Below are positions 63,691-64,000 of a DNA stretch of 64,000 nucleotides, in pieces. The stretch lies in contig DBYO01000024.1 in assembly GCA_002310235.1 (NCBI GenBank), positions 25,246 through 89,245 of the forward strand. Reading direction: 5' to 3'. This stretch comes from Bacteroidales bacterium UBA1184 (GTDB lineage Bacteria > Bacteroidota > Bacteroidia > Bacteroidales > ML635J-15). Both the position numbers and the translations under genes were made by a program. Below the pieces are notes generated by a model that was not told the DNA's origin, searched no databases, and was given only the letters and a program-made list of their open reading frames with translations. Each line of letters opens with the position of its first letter. The first letter of the stretch is position 1.

Positions 63691-64000
63691 ATGAACTTTT
63701 TGTCGAAAACCATTATTTTTGCAGCTTGCCTCTGCGCTACAACTGCATTCGCACAGGTTCCCGCCGGATACTACAACTCCACTCGCGACCTCTGCGACGA
63801 AGAACTGCGGCAACAACTACATACAATAATCAAAAATCACCTGGAACTTGACTACACTCAGTTGTGGGCAAAATTCCACCAAACCGACATGCGCAACGGA
63901 GATACTATTTGGGACATATACTCCGACTGCACTTTCATATACTCCGCCGATCAGTGTGGAAACTACAGCGAAGAATGCGACTGCTACAACCGCGAACACT
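63691..64000 (+). CDS. Extracellular endonuclease I family protein (3' end outside window)
   Basis: My own translation from ATG 63691: MNFLSKTIIFAACLCATTAFAQVPAGYYNS...LRQQLHTIIKNH..LDY..LW......D.....IWDIYS......DQCGNYSEECDCYNREH. This is the Endonuclease_1 N-terminal pattern. The frame stays open to the window end. Confidence 0.7.
   Translation, partial: MNFLSKTIIFAACLCATTAFAQVPAGYYNSTRDLCDEELRQQLHTIIKNHLELDYTQLWAKFHQTDMRNGDTIWDIYSDCTFIYSADQCGNYSEECDCYNREH

Noticed and set aside
1-64000. Search for tRNA, rRNA, tmRNA, integrase, transposase, phage or conjugation genes
   Set aside because: None was recognised by eye: no cloverleaf-like GTTCGAATC-type T-arms in intergenic DNA, and no recombinase motifs in any ORF of 60 aa or more. 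Mobility of the accessory blocks is therefore unsupported within this window.

Overview
This looks like a chromosomal segment of a Bacteroidota (Bacteroidales-like) genome. Evidence: T9SS C-terminal sorting domains, ssb-gldE-gldD synteny, TAnnTTTG -7 boxes and mostly SD-less starts. I call about 39 protein genes. I saw no tRNA, rRNA, CRISPR array, integrase or transposase. Housekeeping blocks are ettA, ssb-gldE-gldD, pruA, an atoE-like transporter, acpP-fabF-rnc, lpxC-lpxA and purN. Four accessory blocks interrupt them. (i) 0.9-11.9 kb holds envelope-glycan modification genes: an LtaS-like transferase, a GDPD-like esterase, an AT3 acyltransferase, an MBOAT with two AlgJ/AlgX-like paralogs, and a GH16. 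(ii) 13.6-32.8 kb holds two orphan AAA/STAND-like ATPase genes in divergent orientation around a roughly 2800-aa T9SS adhesin. This block sits in an elaborate non-coding repeat architecture: a conserved ~105-nt element in 3 copies, 33-nt-phased direct repeats, nested hairpins and 8-nt periodic arrays. A thioester alpha-2-macroglobulin gene follows. (iii) 38.0-38.9 kb holds an overlapping DUF3791/DUF3990/DUF3791-like gene triad, a candidate ART-fold toxin module. (iv) 51.4-63.6 kb is a 12-kb islet bounded by 50-nt direct repeats. It carries a T9SS-sorted LamG-like protein, a 3103-aa SpvB/FG-GAP/RHS protein (Tc-toxin BC-like) with an HExxH C-terminal toxin, and a lipoprotein immunity candidate. 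Block (iv) is my top candidate for an undescribed system. All family assignments come from motifs read by eye in the supplied translations; no searches were run.
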